Positions 11,770 through 24,711 of a DNA stretch of 64,000 nt are shown here, piece after piece (position 1 is the stretch's first letter; each line of letters begins with the position of its first letter). The position numbers and the translations under genes were made by a program. The notes beneath the pieces are model-generated. The model was not told the origin of the DNA. It saw only the letters and a list, made by a program, of their open reading frames with translations, and searched no databases. Source of the DNA: Selaginella moellendorffii (taxonomy: Eukaryota; Plantae; Lycopodiophyta); contig NW_003314282.1 in assembly GCF_000143415.4 (NCBI RefSeq), positions 759,872 to 823,871 of the forward strand, given 5' to 3'.

Positions 11770-13290
11770 CTGATGATCCTGGCGGCAAATTTGAAGAGCT
11801 TCAACTCGGGCAAGAAGCCTCCATCCATTTCCGGATAGTCGTTCACGGCCACAACCCTGTGCTGAAAAGATCACCACACGCTTAAGAAGAGAATATCTCA
11901 TGTGTGCCTTTGTAGAAAACACCTGGTATCTCTTGAGAAAAGCTTGACGTTCTATAGCGGCACTTACATCCAACGGGGAGTGTCCGATCATCCTCTCAAC
12001 CAAGTCTTGATTAAACAGAATTAAAGCTTTACCTCGTGGTTCACTAGAGCTTCCATTAAAAGGCTTCCATCTTCGATGTATATCGCCAGCTGGTATGCAT
12101 CGTGATCCTTGAAAAGGAACTCTTTCACGGCTTTAAGTATCCAGTTTTTTCTTTTCTTTTATTACCTGAACTCGGCCTGATTGAACTACACCTGACTCCA
12201 AAAACTACCTCTGTAGAACTGCCAGATACGTAAAGGGAGGGGCTGAAAAATGGACGGGGAAATGTGAAGATCATAAAACTTACTGCGAAGTTGTCTTCTA
12301 CTCCTGGTTTCTTGATTGGATTGGAGGGAAAGCATACGAATACGCGAATTTCCCAGGCCGACAGAAGTCTCCGAAGGTGTGCCAGACGAGGTCCGATGCT
12401 GTCCTGAAGTGAAGATAAAAAGAATTACGCATCGAGAGAAAACTTGGAAGGCCTTACTTTGTGTTTACTCGGTGTTCACTGTAGGAATATGAACCGCGAG
12501 AAAGATCTTCTATAGAAACAGGTGCTTGCCTTCCTGAAGACAAAAAATGTATAGACAGAAAATCAAAATAAGCAAACACAATCACTGCGCAAAGCTAGAC
12601 CTGTATATGGATTATCACGAACAGTCGAAGAAGGTTGCTGCTCATTCCAGGATTGGCTGCAGCGCCATTGTTTTCTTGGAGTTCGGGGCCAGGCAGCTTG
12701 TGTAAGCTGCTCTTCCAACGATGGTGGAGTAGTACCACGCGGGTGCCTGCAAATATCCTTAACTAGTACACGAAGAAGAAAACTTTACCTGTTTCCCTGA
12801 GGAGGTTTGTTTACTTGATGTACCACTCTCTGTCGAGCCTCGTCAAGCTCCTCCAAGAACAGTAACAATTTCCGGGACGAGAAGAAACATCCCCCTCCGA
12901 ATGTAGACATTCCTTACGCATTGGGAGAAAAGAAAAATCAAGGCAAAGACTTGTAATACTTTGAGCTGTGGGGTAGGACGATACTCAATGCCAAAAACTC
13001 GTTGAGCATCATCGGTCATGGATAGCTTCAAGCATCGACTTCCAATTCCTTCCTGGTAGTGATCCTTGAAAATGTCCACCGCTTCATCTACCTGTGTGCT
13101 ATGCTCCCATCGATGAAAAGCTATAGAAACCTTCCACTTACTTGTAGAACATAAGTGCATCGCCTGGACCTCTGGAGCGTCGGAGGAGCTGCGCGAAGCA
13201 TTTCTCGGCGCGAGAATCTACCGGTAACTGAGACGCTCCGATCTGCTCGCGCAGGCAAGAAGAGAGCCACTGCGCCTTAGGCCGCATGAG
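11770..13290 (-). pseudogene. RMI1: RMI1 pseudogene, copy 2
   Basis: Collinear with 7660-9510, but the start region is deleted and there are many internal deletions, a stop in exon 3 and lost splice sites. Confidence 0.9.
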
Positions 13291-13385
13291 AAATCCCAAA
13301 ACCCTACTAGGGTTCTAAACATCCCGCCATTTTGCGAGCTTGAAAGGTTCCAGGAATATGCTTGCCAAGCAGGGTCTAGGGTTTT

Positions 13386-16075
13386 ATGGCGCTTTGCCGC
13401 TTCTCTCGCGCACTCTCTTCTCTTCCAGATCGCGCATTGCGGCAATTCGCTCCTGCGGCGCCGAGGAGATCGTTCCCCAAGACGCGCCACGGCGTGACAT
13501 GGGACGATCCCTACCACTGGCTGCGAAATTCCGAGGATCCGGCCGTCATCGCGTATCTCCAGGCTGAGAATCAGCACGCGCAGTCGACCATGGCTGGAAC
13601 AAGGGAGCTCCAGCGCCAGATCCGCCAGGAAATGGCGAGCAGGATGGAGAAGGAGCTCGCGTCGCCTCCAGAGCGCTGGGGGGATTGGTGAGTTCTTCCT
13701 TGCTCGTTTTTATTTTTTTATTCTTTTTGCCTAGATGAGGAACTTAGAAACAATGTAGGTACTATTTCGTGCATATCCCGCAAGGGAAAGAGTTTCCCAT
13801 CTACTCGAGACGAAGAGCCTGCCAAGGTGGAAGGCTGAAGGCTTTCTTTACAAGTTTTTTTGACAAGAACAGTGAAGTTATGATCGACATCAATGAGCTT
13901 GCTGCCGAGCATGGTAAAGTTTTGAGGATCTTTCTTTGTTTCTCTCTTCTTCCTAATTACACAAGTGTAGGCCATGCACAGCTTGGAGTTTTTAAGCTAT
14001 CCAGAGACCACAAACTGTTAGCGTACACAATCGACTTGGGTGGCAATGAGATCTTCACATTGTTTATCAAAGACTTGGAGACTGATAGCCTCCTCCTGGA
14101 GCACAAAACCGATGGTGTAGTAAGTGTGGAGTGGTCTGATACTGGAGACTATCTTTACTACACTTGTAGTGATGCAGCACATCGACCTCACAGGTTTCTA
14201 TTTGAAGTTTCTTCTAGAATCATTTTTTCTCGATCTCGACAGGGTTTTGTTGCGGAACTTGCGATCTAAAGATGATGACATTGCAATTTATCACGACGAC
14301 AATCCAAAGAACTTTGTTGATGTTACAAGAACCAAAAACTGGCAGTACGTTTTGATTAATGTCAACTCAAAGACGTCCTCTGAGGTAATTGCGTTTCACA
14401 AATGTGTTGCTCGAGCCTCTACAGGACAGGTTTTTCTGGTAGATCCGAAAACTTCAGCCACAACGTTGCGGAAAGTTGCAGATAGAGTTGATGGCATCCA
14501 GTATTTCGTGGAACACCATGAAGAGCACCTGTATATTCTTACCAATTTTTTGGGCGACAAGAAGCTAGCGTCGTTAGGAAACAACTATCGGCTTGTCCGC
14601 TGCAAGACAGATAGCTTGACCTCGAAGGCGTGGGAGGTACGTCAATTCTCGTTTTTTTCACAGCAAAAAATGAAACACTTTAGGAGGTTGTCCCAGTCGA
14701 CAGCGAAAATTGGATAGAAGATATGGATATTTTTGCGAAGCATTTGATCTTATACAGACGACAAAATGGTCTTCCCATTGTGCATGTTTTCAACCTGGAT
14801 GTAAGCATATGGTAAAAGTTTTGGTCTCACTAAGCTCTTTCCTTTCAGAGCCTGAAAACTCCTCGGACTGTAAACCTTCCCTCCGGGATAACAGTTCTTA
14901 CTCCTGGAGCAAACTGTGACTTCAATTCGTCTACTCTACGGCTGTCGATATCTTCACTGGTGGTAAGCTCTCTTTCTTTCTTGCATTAGATGTTCGTTGT
15001 GGACAATTCTTTTTTCGTTTTTAGATGCCCGAAGCAACGTATGATGTCGATTTGACGACTGGAGAGGTGACACTATTGCAGCAAGTGAAAATTGTGGGAG
15101 TGGACACGGGCTCATATTGTATGAAGCATCTTGCTGCTACATCTCATGACGGCGTTCGAGTGCCTTTGACAATTGTCTACTCAAACAAGTTCGAAAGGAA
15201 AGGTGAAAATTCCGCTTTGGTTACAGGCTATGGTGCCTATGGCGAGCTGCTTGACATGAGCTTCTCGAGTGACCGGCTGAGCCTTCTCGATCGTGGCTGG
15301 GTGCTCGCATTCGCTCACGTCAGGTGAATTTTGCTTTTTGTTCCTTCCATGTCGTAACTGAGATTTGTGGAATCCAGGGGGAGTGGGACGTTAGGAAAGG
15401 CTTGGCACTCGGAAGGAAAGCTGCTGAAGAAGGAGAATTCGTTCAAAGACTTTATAGCTTGCATTCGTTACTTGGTGGAAAATCAGTATGCTTCTCGCAA
15501 CAAGATTGCTGCTTTCGGTGAAAGCGCTGGTGGACTTTTGGTCGGGGCAGCCGTGAACTTGCAACCGGACCTCTTTCGAGCTATAATTTTGAAGGTATGG
15601 CGATCATTGAATTGTGTTTTCTTCAAGAGCTCTATCTGCATGACAGGTTCCATTCCTTGACATCCTCAACACAATGTTAGACTCTTCGTTGAGTCTAACA
15701 GAGCACGAGTATGACGAATGGGGTGATCCATCATCGGACAAGGCAGCGTTTGATTGCATCCGAAATTACTCTCCTTATGACAACATCAAGCCAGGCGTAA
15801 GGTATCCAGCCATGCTAGTAACCTCGTCGTTCCTTGACACCCGGTATGTGTTTGAGAGCTCCTAAGTGCATTGATAAATTGTCGTTTCATACAGGGTTGG
15901 TTACTGGGAATCTGCTAAATGGATTGCAGCTCTTCGGCATTCTTGTCAAGCAGAATGTTTAGTCTTTAAGACCAATATGAGTGGGGGTCACTTCGGAGAT
16001 GGCGGACGCTACTCTCATCTCAAGGAGACTGCTTATGGCTTTGCATTCTTAATAAAAAACTTGGAGGCAATCTAA
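13386..16075 (+). CDS. Prolyl oligopeptidase family S9A, oligopeptidase B / protease 2-like, with a probable mitochondrial presequence
   Basis: HGVTWDDPYHWLR, beta-propeller exons, GYGAYG, SLLDRGWVLAFAHVR, catalytic GESAGG, D in SSFLDTRVGYWESAKW and H in GGHFG. Arg/Ser/Ala/Leu-rich N-terminus. Multi-exon. Confidence 0.92.
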
Positions 16076-16243
16076 ATTCAGTTTGCTGACAGAAATTCTT
16101 GAAAATATAATTTTACTAAGAAACAGCAGCATCAATTTGAAATTACTTATTAGATTTTATTAGAAACTTGACATAATTTTAGCTACCTTGTCTTATATAA
16201 ATCTCAAAAGAATAGCCCAAGCAAAATATCATTTTTAAAGAAT

Positions 16244-16826
16244 ATGGCTGTATCAATTGCGTCTTGCTTTCTTCTTTGCTTTTTGTTTGCTCGTGTAGCT
16301 GTGGGTCTTCTTGTACAATATGGCTCCACCACTGTTGAAAATGGCAACTTCATCTCCTTGATCAACACTAACTCAGCTCCCACTGTTGACATTCAAGGAT
16401 TTCGCGGGAATGGCAGTGTTAGCCTGTTTTCGGTGGTGATGGCGGATCAAAAGGCACTCTCAGCCCCAAACAAAACTTATCCTTACATCAACTTTTGGAT
16501 TGCAAACATTCCAGCAGGCACCTCTGGTAAGTTCTCTTTTTTTTATCTTTAATTGATAGATTGGATTTGTGGTTCTGTTTGTAGGAGCTGTAAAGAGTAA
16601 CATTCTTGAGCCTTATGTATCTCCTTCCAACACTGGCAAGAACATCCCATACCCAAATCCATTCAACGCTAAAAACCACACATATGATTTTGTGCTCGTT
16701 CCACAGAGGAATCCCTTGGTGAAGCCCATGAGTAGTCGCATTGTTCTCTCACTGCCCGATATCATCCAACAGTACCACTGTGGGAGTCCCCTCCAGACAG
16801 TCTCCTTCACCACCTCGCTCAACTAA
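16244..16826 (+). CDS. Secreted divergent PEBP-fold protein, copy A (most divergent)
   Basis: Signal peptide MAVSIASCFLLCFLFARVAVG followed by LLVQYG..V.NG, PTVDI.G, SVVMAD, FWIANIPAG, YVSP, NHTYDFVLVPQ, YHCGSPL. Intron at 16527-16584; TATA box at 16194-16202. Confidence 0.8.
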
Positions 16827-17297
16827 ATAATTAAAATTTGCTATTGATTATCAGCTACTTGGCATTAATAAAAGTGGATCTTGTGTCCTACAAGAGAGAT
16901 TTTTTTCTCCTTACACAAGGAAAACGTGGTTTTAAACATTAGCATTTGTGATTGATCTCAAATGCTATTTTTTGTCCTTACACAAGAAAACGGGATGGAC
17001 CATCTTGTCTTCTACAATACATAAAAAAAAAAAGAATGTTAGTGTGCTAAAAAGAAGTGTGTGAGGTCCTGACCACCTTTTTAATTAACGTACGATACAT
17101 GAAAGTTTCCTCTGTACATAAGTCTAACGAAAAGCCTGGCTTTCGGAACGCGATAGTTTTTTGTCGCTTGGCTTCAATAATTTGCACAACCAGTCCTGAA
17201 ACATTCAGTAGCCAAATGAATCAGTGCATATAAAATGGATGCTTACGTTAATTACTCGCGACTACCACCACCATATAGCTTCTTCTCAAACATGGTT

Positions 17298-18773
17298 TCA
17301 TATGGTAAACTGCCCCTTGGACGCCGCGGAAGTAGCAAACAACCAGCTGCTTACTGCCTCGGCACTTGCATTGCCTCGCCCGTGATGGCTGTCTTCGCAA
17401 CTGATCGAGAAACGAGCGTGCTTCGCCTGGGAGCTCGAGCGATGCCCAATGATCATATGCTCCACATTCTCGAGCTCCGATCGGCTGAATCCATACTCCA
17501 TGATGCAGTCGCTCTCGTGAAGATCGGCCGTGGAGTGCGAGTGCTTTGCTCTGTTCGCTTGCTTAGCCTCGGTGAGCTTCCGTGTGGCCTTTGCCAGCCG
17601 CTCGTTCGCCTCCTCGAGCCTCTGCGAGTGGAGCTCGTCGGAAGCTCTGAACTGGTCTTGGAGATCCGTGACTTGCTGGAGCAGCACGTCTCGCTGGTGG
17701 CACACGGAGCGGTAGTCCTGCTGGAGCTGCGCGTACCTCGCGCTGAGCTGATCGAAGTCGAGAGAACGCTCCGGGGTCTCGAGCTGGGCCACCGCTTGCT
17801 GGGCTTGCCACAGGGACGAGATGAGCGCTTCCTTTTGCTGGATCACGGTCTGCTTCATCTGCTTCAAGATCCCGTCCACGGCGCTCAAAACCTGCTTCTG
17901 CTGCATCGAGCAGAAGGTGAGAGCTCCGCCTCTGGAGCCGCCGGACGATTCACCGAAGACAAACTTGGAAGAAGGCAGCGACGACGACGAAGAACAAGGC
18001 CTGATGGCCACCTCTCGAAGCTCGTCACCTTGACGTAGCGTTTCCACGATCAAATCCTCGTCCGGAGTCCCATCCCGCTCGTTGGACCTGTCCTCCCACG
18101 ACAATCTCTTCCTCTTTCCCGACTGCTCGCCGGTGGTGGCGAAGCGCATCGTCGGCTGCAAATCCACCCCTGGAAGATCGAAGTGGTGCTGGAGAACCAT
18201 GCTCAGGTAGTGAGCGGTGGTGACCGGCTTGCCTTCCTTAAGCTCCTTGTGCATCTTGAGCACCACGAACTGTGCCCAGTTGAAGATCTTCTTGGTGGAG
18301 CGAGTGGCACAGGCCGGATAGGCGGTGGCTCCACTCACCCTTTGATTGTTGAGACGAAGCCCAATCCTCTTCACCAAGAACTCGAGGTAGACGCGCATGA
18401 CGTGCTCTTTCACCTCGCACAGCTTCCAGCCACTGGCCTGGCTATGGCCTTTCTCGCTGAAGTACTTCTGGATCTCGGGGCCATGGAGCTGGGAGTTATA
18501 CTCGGTGGGGATCTCTTCCAGATCGGAGCCGTAAGGGAGGCACAGCGCCTCGCCGACGCTCTTGTCGCTCAGCTCCATGCTGCCAAGCTCCGGGACGTGG
18601 ATCGTCTTGGACTCGGAGTCATACCCTTGCGTCGCCTTGCGGACGAGCTCCACATCCATGGCCTTGAGCTTGAGCTTGATGAAATCCACCAGGCCTGTCT
18701 CCTCGATCCACGCCGCCTGGGGCGTGAAGAGATCGTCCCACATTTGGGGCTTGAGGAAGCGCCATGGCTCCAT
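17298..18773 (-). CDS. Intronless plant-mobile-domain/transposon-associated-like protein with a coiled-coil C-terminus (about 490 aa from MEPW)
   Basis: Long GC3-rich ORF. The pattern ELV....YD.....I.V.....L....V.EALCLPYG ... KIFNWAQFV resembles PMD/TE-associated domains, and the tail is a Q/E/L-rich heptad run. The family call is tentative. Confidence 0.6.
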   Translation of the reverse strand: MEPWRFLKPQMWDDLFTPQAAWIEETGLVDFIKLKLKAMDVELVRKATQGYDSESKTIHVPELGSMELSDKSVGEALCLPYGSDLEEIPTEYNSQLHGPEIQKYFSEKGHSQASGWKLCEVKEHVMRVYLEFLVKRIGLRLNNQRVSGATAYPACATRSTKKIFNWAQFVVLKMHKELKEGKPVTTAHYLSMVLQHHFDLPGVDLQPTMRFATTGEQSGKRKRLSWEDRSNERDGTPDEDLIVETLRQGDELREVAIRPCSSSSSLPSSKFVFGESSGGSRGGALTFCSMQQKQVLSAVDGILKQMKQTVIQQKEALISSLWQAQQAVAQLETPERSLDFDQLSARYAQLQQDYRSVCHQRDVLLQQVTDLQDQFRASDELHSQRLEEANERLAKATRKLTEAKQANRAKHSHSTADLHESDCIMEYGFSRSELENVEHMIIGHRSSSQAKHARFSISCEDSHHGRGNASAEAVSSWLFATSAASKGQFTI

Positions 18774-19078
18774 GGCGGGAGGACACCCCGTGGAGTGGAG
18801 AACCCTACCTCCGCATTGTGAAAATGCCGCAGCGGAGCTCCAGATCTCCTTGCCTGGCGCGGCGATTCGCGGATTAGCACCGCATTGGAGGAGATTGGTG
18901 GATGGGCGAGAGCTCGCCTCGCAGCTCCACAAACGTGGGAGGAGAGAGAAGAAGAATTAACCTAAAATTTCTGTTCCCGCGTAACAAGATAAAAAGCATA
19001 TACCTTTACCGTCTGCCCTAAAGTAGTCCACGGACCTTGCCGGTTTAGCAAGACGCCAAAGAGGATCGGTGACCGAGG

Positions 19079-22000
19079 ATGGATTGTCCTCGCACGCCTC
19101 TCCTTGGATCAAGCTCCATTTCCAATGATCATGGTTCGTCTTGGAAAGATTCGCTCTTCTTCTCGTGGCTCAATCCTCTGCTTGCCATCGGCGCCAAGAA
19201 GCCACTCCAGCGATGCGATGTTCCAGCGCTGCGCGACCAGGATGACACCGCCGAGAGAACACACGCGGGATTGATCCAAGCGCTATCCAAGGTAGGAGAC
19301 GATCACACCCCCTCGAGCCTCTTCTGGGCGATCGCGCGATGCCACTGGCGGGAGATCTGGCGCACAGGAGCGCTGGCACTGGTGAAAACCATCGCCATCT
19401 CTTGTAACCCACTGTTCCTCCGCTACTTCACGAGCTTCGTTGCTGCTAGCAATGGTGGCGGTGGCTTGCCGGCGAGAACAAGAGGCTATCTTCTCGTGGC
19501 CGCCCTCTTCTCCGCTAAGATCCTCGAATGTCTGTCACAGCGACACTGGTTCTTTGGCGCTCGCCGCCTGGGCCTTCGCCTTCGATCGTCGATCGTCGCC
19601 GCCATCTACGCCAAGGAGCTCAAGCTCTCGCATCAATCCCGCCAACGCCATGCCAGCGGCGAGATCGTCAGCTACATCTCTGTGGATGCCTATCGCCTGG
19701 GAGAGTTTTTCTGGTGGTCTCACCAGCTCTGGACGGTTCCACTCCAGATCTCCATCGCTCTCGCCATCTTGGTCTCCACTGTTGGCCTGGCAACGCTCTC
19801 GGGGCTGCTCGTCATCCTCATCACCGCCGCCATCCAAGCTCCACTCGCGAAGATCCAGCAGCGAAACCAGTATAACTTGATGGTTGCCCAGGATCAGCGA
19901 TTGCGAGTGAGCAGCTCCATTCTCTCCAGCATGAAGATCATCAAGCTCCAGGCCTGGGAGAGATACTTCCAGCAACTTATCGAAAGCTTTCGTGCTCGAG
20001 AGTATGCGTGGCTCTATGGAGTGAAGCAAATCTGGGCTGCCGGGAGCGTCATGTTTTGGATGTCTCCGGTCGTCACCGCCTCGGTGGTCTTCGCGACTTG
20101 CATCCCTCTCTCGATCAAGCTCGATGCCACGCTCGTGTTCACAGTGCTCGCCACGTTTCGGGTGATTCAAGAGCCCGTGAGAAATCTTCCCGACGTTCTT
20201 ACCGCGATGATCCAAGCTCGGGTGTCGCTCGAGAGGCTCTCCAAGTTCTTCCAGGACGCGGAGCTGCAAGAGGACGCAGTGGAGAGGGATTTTTTCTCGC
20301 GGCAACACGACGTGATCTCTATTGACTCGGCCACCTTCGCCTGGGAAGAAACTGGAAAGTTCTCTTTGGCGGATTTGAGCTTGAAAATCACGAGAGGAGA
20401 GCTCATCGCAGTTTGTGGTGCTGTTGGATCTGGAAAATCTACACTCTTGCATTCGATTCTTGGGGAAGTTCCAAGATTTTCTGGCAAGGTACTTATCTCG
20501 TTTTGCTTTTCGACAAGATAACGCTTGTAAACCATCACTTTGTAGGCCAAAGTTTGTGGAAGCATAGGTTACGTCTCGCAGACCGCTTGGATCCGGAGTG
20601 GTAGCGTTCGAGAGAACATTTTATTCGGGGAGGCCATGGACAAAACTTTCTACGAGCGAGTGATCAAGGCTTGTGCTCTCGAGGAAGATCTCGCAGGCTT
20701 CTCTCACGGGGATTTAACCGAGATTGGTGAGCGAGGACTCAACTTGAGCGGGGGGCAGAAGCAAAGGCTCCAACTCGCGAGAGCTTTGTACGCGAATGCG
20801 GAGATTTATCTTTTGGACGATCCTTTTAGCGCTGTTGATGCTCAAACTGCTGCTACGTTGTTCCAGGCAAGTCTAGTTTCTTTTTAGCCTCTCTTTGATA
20901 TCTTTGACAGGCATGTATACTCCAACAACTGAGGAACAAAACAGTGATATTGGTTACTCACCAAGTGGAGTTTCTTTCATCAGTGGACAAGATCCTGGTA
21001 TGTTTTGCCGTCAACTTCTCTGACAATCGATTATCAATTCTTTTTCTACGATTCAGGTGATGGAGTCTGGACGCATTGTCCAGTCCGGGAGCTACCAAGA
21101 ACTTCTCATCAGCTCCGGGAATATTTTTTCGAGGCTCGTGAACGCTCACGAGGACTCTTTTATCTTCCAAGTTCATCACACCAACAACGAAAGCCATCGC
21201 CACGAAACCTATCAAAGACAGCTCTCGAAGTCGAGCGAGAACAAAACTTCTTACCAACAATTGATCCAGGACGAAGAGATCGCAGCAGGGAACCTGGGAC
21301 TAAAACCATACCTCGACTACATCGACGGAAGTGGTAGTCGATCTTTGCTGGGATTAGTGCTCGTTTTCCAAGCTCTCTTCGTTTTTGGAGTGCTTTCGAG
21401 CAACTATTGGCTGGCCACACAAGTTGCGAATCCCAACACGAGCGTCCAAACTTTGATCGGGGTTTTCACAGCGATCTCCTTCGCCAGCACTGGACTTGTC
21501 TATGCCAGAGCTCGATTCCTTGTTAGCATCGGCTTGCGAGCTTCTCGGGCCTTCTTCTCGGGTCTTATAAACTCGCTCTTTCGTGCACCCATGGCGATGT
21601 TTGATTCAACTCCACTCGGGAGGATTCTCAGCAGAGTACGCTTCCTTTTCTTCCTTTCTTTTTACTCAGTGTTCATTGTTTCCAGGCTTCGTCGGATATG
21701 AGCATTTTGGACGTAGAAGTGCAAAGCTACTTCAATTTTTCCTTATCGGGATTGTCCGAAATGGTCGGAATGGTGGTGATTATCACGCTCGTCACCTGGC
21801 AAATCCTCTTTGTAGCCATTCCAACCTTCGCTATTCTTTGGAGAATCCAGGTTCGTTTTTCCTTCGTTTTCATATGATCACCTCTTTGATCTTACAGAGG
21901 TACTACTTAAAAACTGCTCGTGAACTCGTCCGGATCAACGGGACGACGAAAGCACCGGTTCTAAACCACACTGGAGAAACTGTGAATGGCGCCGTCCCGA

Positions 22001-23392
22001 TTCGAGCGTTTAGAAAACAAAGCATGTTTACGCAAGAAAACATGAAACTCGTCAACTCGGATGCCTCGGTTTCTTTGCACACTTACGCCGGATACGAGTG
22101 GCTTTCCCTTCGAGTGGAGTTTCTTGGAATGATCGTGCTTTTAACTGCGGCTTTGCTCGTGGTGATCTTTCGAGATCAACTCTCCTCCGGTATGATAGAA
22201 AAAGACTTATTTTTTCAAGGTTTCCTTCTGTTTTGTGTATGTTCTTTGTCAGGTTTTGCTGGTCTCTCTCTCACCTATGCGTTTGCTCTAAATGGCTGCC
22301 AAGTTTTCTTGATCCAATCCGTAAGTTACTTATCGGGCTACATTGTTGCTGTGGAGAGAATAAGCCAGTATATGAAGTTGCCAGAGGAAGCTCCTTTGGT
22401 TATCGAATCAAACCGACCACCAGCGGCGTGGCCTGCGCATGGAGAAGTTGAGCTCCAAAATTTACAAGTAAGAAAAGATAAACCCATCATGATCATGCTA
22501 ACGTGTTTTTCCTATAGATTCGATACAGAACCAACAGTCCTTTGGTGCTCAAAGGAATCTCATGTATGTTTCCCGGAGGCAAGAAAGTTGGACTTGTTGG
22601 ACGAACTGGAAGTGGCAAGACGACGTTGATCAGTGCCTTGTTTCGCTTGGTTGAGCCCGACGGTGGTCGGATCCTTATCGATCGCATTGATATCACAACC
22701 ATCGGACTGTTTGATCTGAGAACCCGGATTGGAGTCATTCCTCAAGAAGCTTTCTTGTTTCGAGGAACTGTACGCTCGAACTTGGATCCACTGCAGCAGT
22801 TCTCGGACGAGCAAATCTGGCAAGTAAGTCCGGTTGATCGAGTTTTTTTTTTTTTTCGCTTAGAACTCTCACAATTATCACAGAGCTTGCGAAAGTGTCA
22901 GCTTTTGAAAGCTGTGAAGGAAACCCCAAAGCAGCTTGACTCACTCGGTATGAACACTTCTCCTCCTCTTTTTTTGGTCTCTTACTTGAGTGGTGGGATT
23001 TTCAAGTGAGCGATGATGGCGAGAACTGGAGCGCTGGGCAGAGGCAGCTCTTTTGCCTGGCTCGGGTTTTGCTCAAACGGAGCAAAGTTCTCGTCCTCGA
23101 CGAAGCTACTGCATCGATCGATTCCACCACCGACGCTGTTCTCCAGAAAGTTATAAGGGACGAGTTTAGCGACTGCACAGTGATCACGGTTGCTCATCGA
23201 ATTTCCACTGTTATAGACAGTGATCTCATTCTCGGCCTCAAAAATGGTAAGTCGGGGAAGCAAGCATCTTTTTTCTTATCTTTTTTTGCAGGATACATGG
23301 TTGAGTGTGATTCTCCTCAAGCTCTGCTTGACAACCAAAACTCTCTCTTTGCAAAGCTGGTGGCGGAATACTGGTCAAGTTGTGATAAGTGA
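19079..23392 (+). CDS. ABC transporter subfamily C (MRP-type), lacking the N-terminal TMD0
   Basis: FFSWLNPLL linker, TMD1, Walker [10 protein letters not shown], signature [22 protein letters not shown]2 ([12 protein letters not shown]), [33 protein letters not shown]. Confidence 0.95.
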
Positions 23393-23597
23393 ATTGCAAT
23401 ATTTTAGCGCCAAAGGTAATATCACTTAGTCACCAACTTTTAGCACCACCTTTCTAATATAGTATGAGTTTGATTTTTAAAAGTCTATTACTTTGATCAG
23501 CTCAATTTGTCAAACAAACTACATGTTTTTACTTGTTAGCTAAGAAATATTCGAAGCTAGAAAGGCTTCCTTGCTGCTACCTGTGGAGTTGCCCCTA

Positions 23598-23952
23598 ATG
23601 GATTCTAGAGCACAAACTCCTCAGCTTGGTCACAATTGACCATTTCCCTAATTGCGGGAATTCTCAGTGCGATCAAGCTCATCACCTCAAAGAGTGCGTT
23701 CCCTGTGTAGCATCTGGCACTGTTCTTGAGCATCCAGACATGAACTGCTGCCAAGCGGTGACAATTGTTTGTGTTCTCTCATTGTTTCTTCTACTGGTGT
23801 TCTTGCAAAAGAAACGATGAAGAGATATGTTGAGTCATGTCAACTTAAGCTCCCAGAGGATTATCAATGTAAGTTCTATGATCAAAGTGCTAATGTTTTT
23901 GTAGTCACTGAATGTGCATGCTAATGTTCTTTACAGGCGAAACCATCATGTA
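23598..23952 (+). pseudogene. nsLTP-like gene A, copy a (deletions/frameshifts)
   Basis: Homologous to 29939-30308 (QCDQAHHLKECVPCVASG..NCCQAV). The signal region and CLC segment are disrupted. Confidence 0.8.
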
Positions 23953-24127
23953 GCATTTGTTTTCAGTGGCATTCAAAAGTGTATATAGTTGTATATGTAT
24001 TTATATGCAAGTTTATTACGAAAGTAAACTGCCTAATAAAGTAATAAGACAATTTGATTCACTATAAACTTGCATAATTTATCGTTTTATATAAATCTCA
24101 AGGTCATATTCATCATTTAATTTTCTA

Positions 24128-24610
24128 GTGGCGGATTCAGTGGTGTCTTGCCTCGTTCTCTGCGCCTTTCTGGTTCCAGTTAGCGTGGGTTTGCTTGTAC
24201 AAATATGGCTCCACCACTGTCGGGAATGCCAACTTCATCTCATTGAGCAGCACTGGTTCTGCCCTTGCAGTTGATATTGAAGGATATGGGAAGAATGGCA
24301 CTGTTCGTTTGTTCTCAGTGGTTATGGCTGCTCTATGGATTGCAAGGTAACTTCAACTTATTTGTTTTGGTTTTAAAATTTGATGATGGTGGCTTGGTAC
24401 AGGAGCTGTAAAGGGCAGTATTTTGGAGCCTTCTGTATCTCTTTCCAACACCAGCAAGAACATTTCATACCCAAATCCATTCAATGCAAGGAACCACACT
24501 TGTTTGTGCCACAGAGGAATCCCTTGGTAAAGCCGATAGTCGACTTGTCAACTCACTGGCTGATATCATCCATCAATACCATCTCCAAACCGTCTCCTTC
24601 ACGCATTGAT
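24128..24610 (+). pseudogene. Secreted PEBP-like copy B (pseudogene)
   Basis: ATG changed to GTG, a 1-nt insertion after GTACAA, and several deletions relative to 26755-27335. Confidence 0.85.
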
Positions 24611-24711
24611 GTTATTTCAAAGATTTTCGTTATCAAGATCAAGTAATAAGTGATTCCATTTATGGAAAAAGGCCATCTTGGCTTTTGTAAGTGAATAGCG
24701 GAGTATACACG

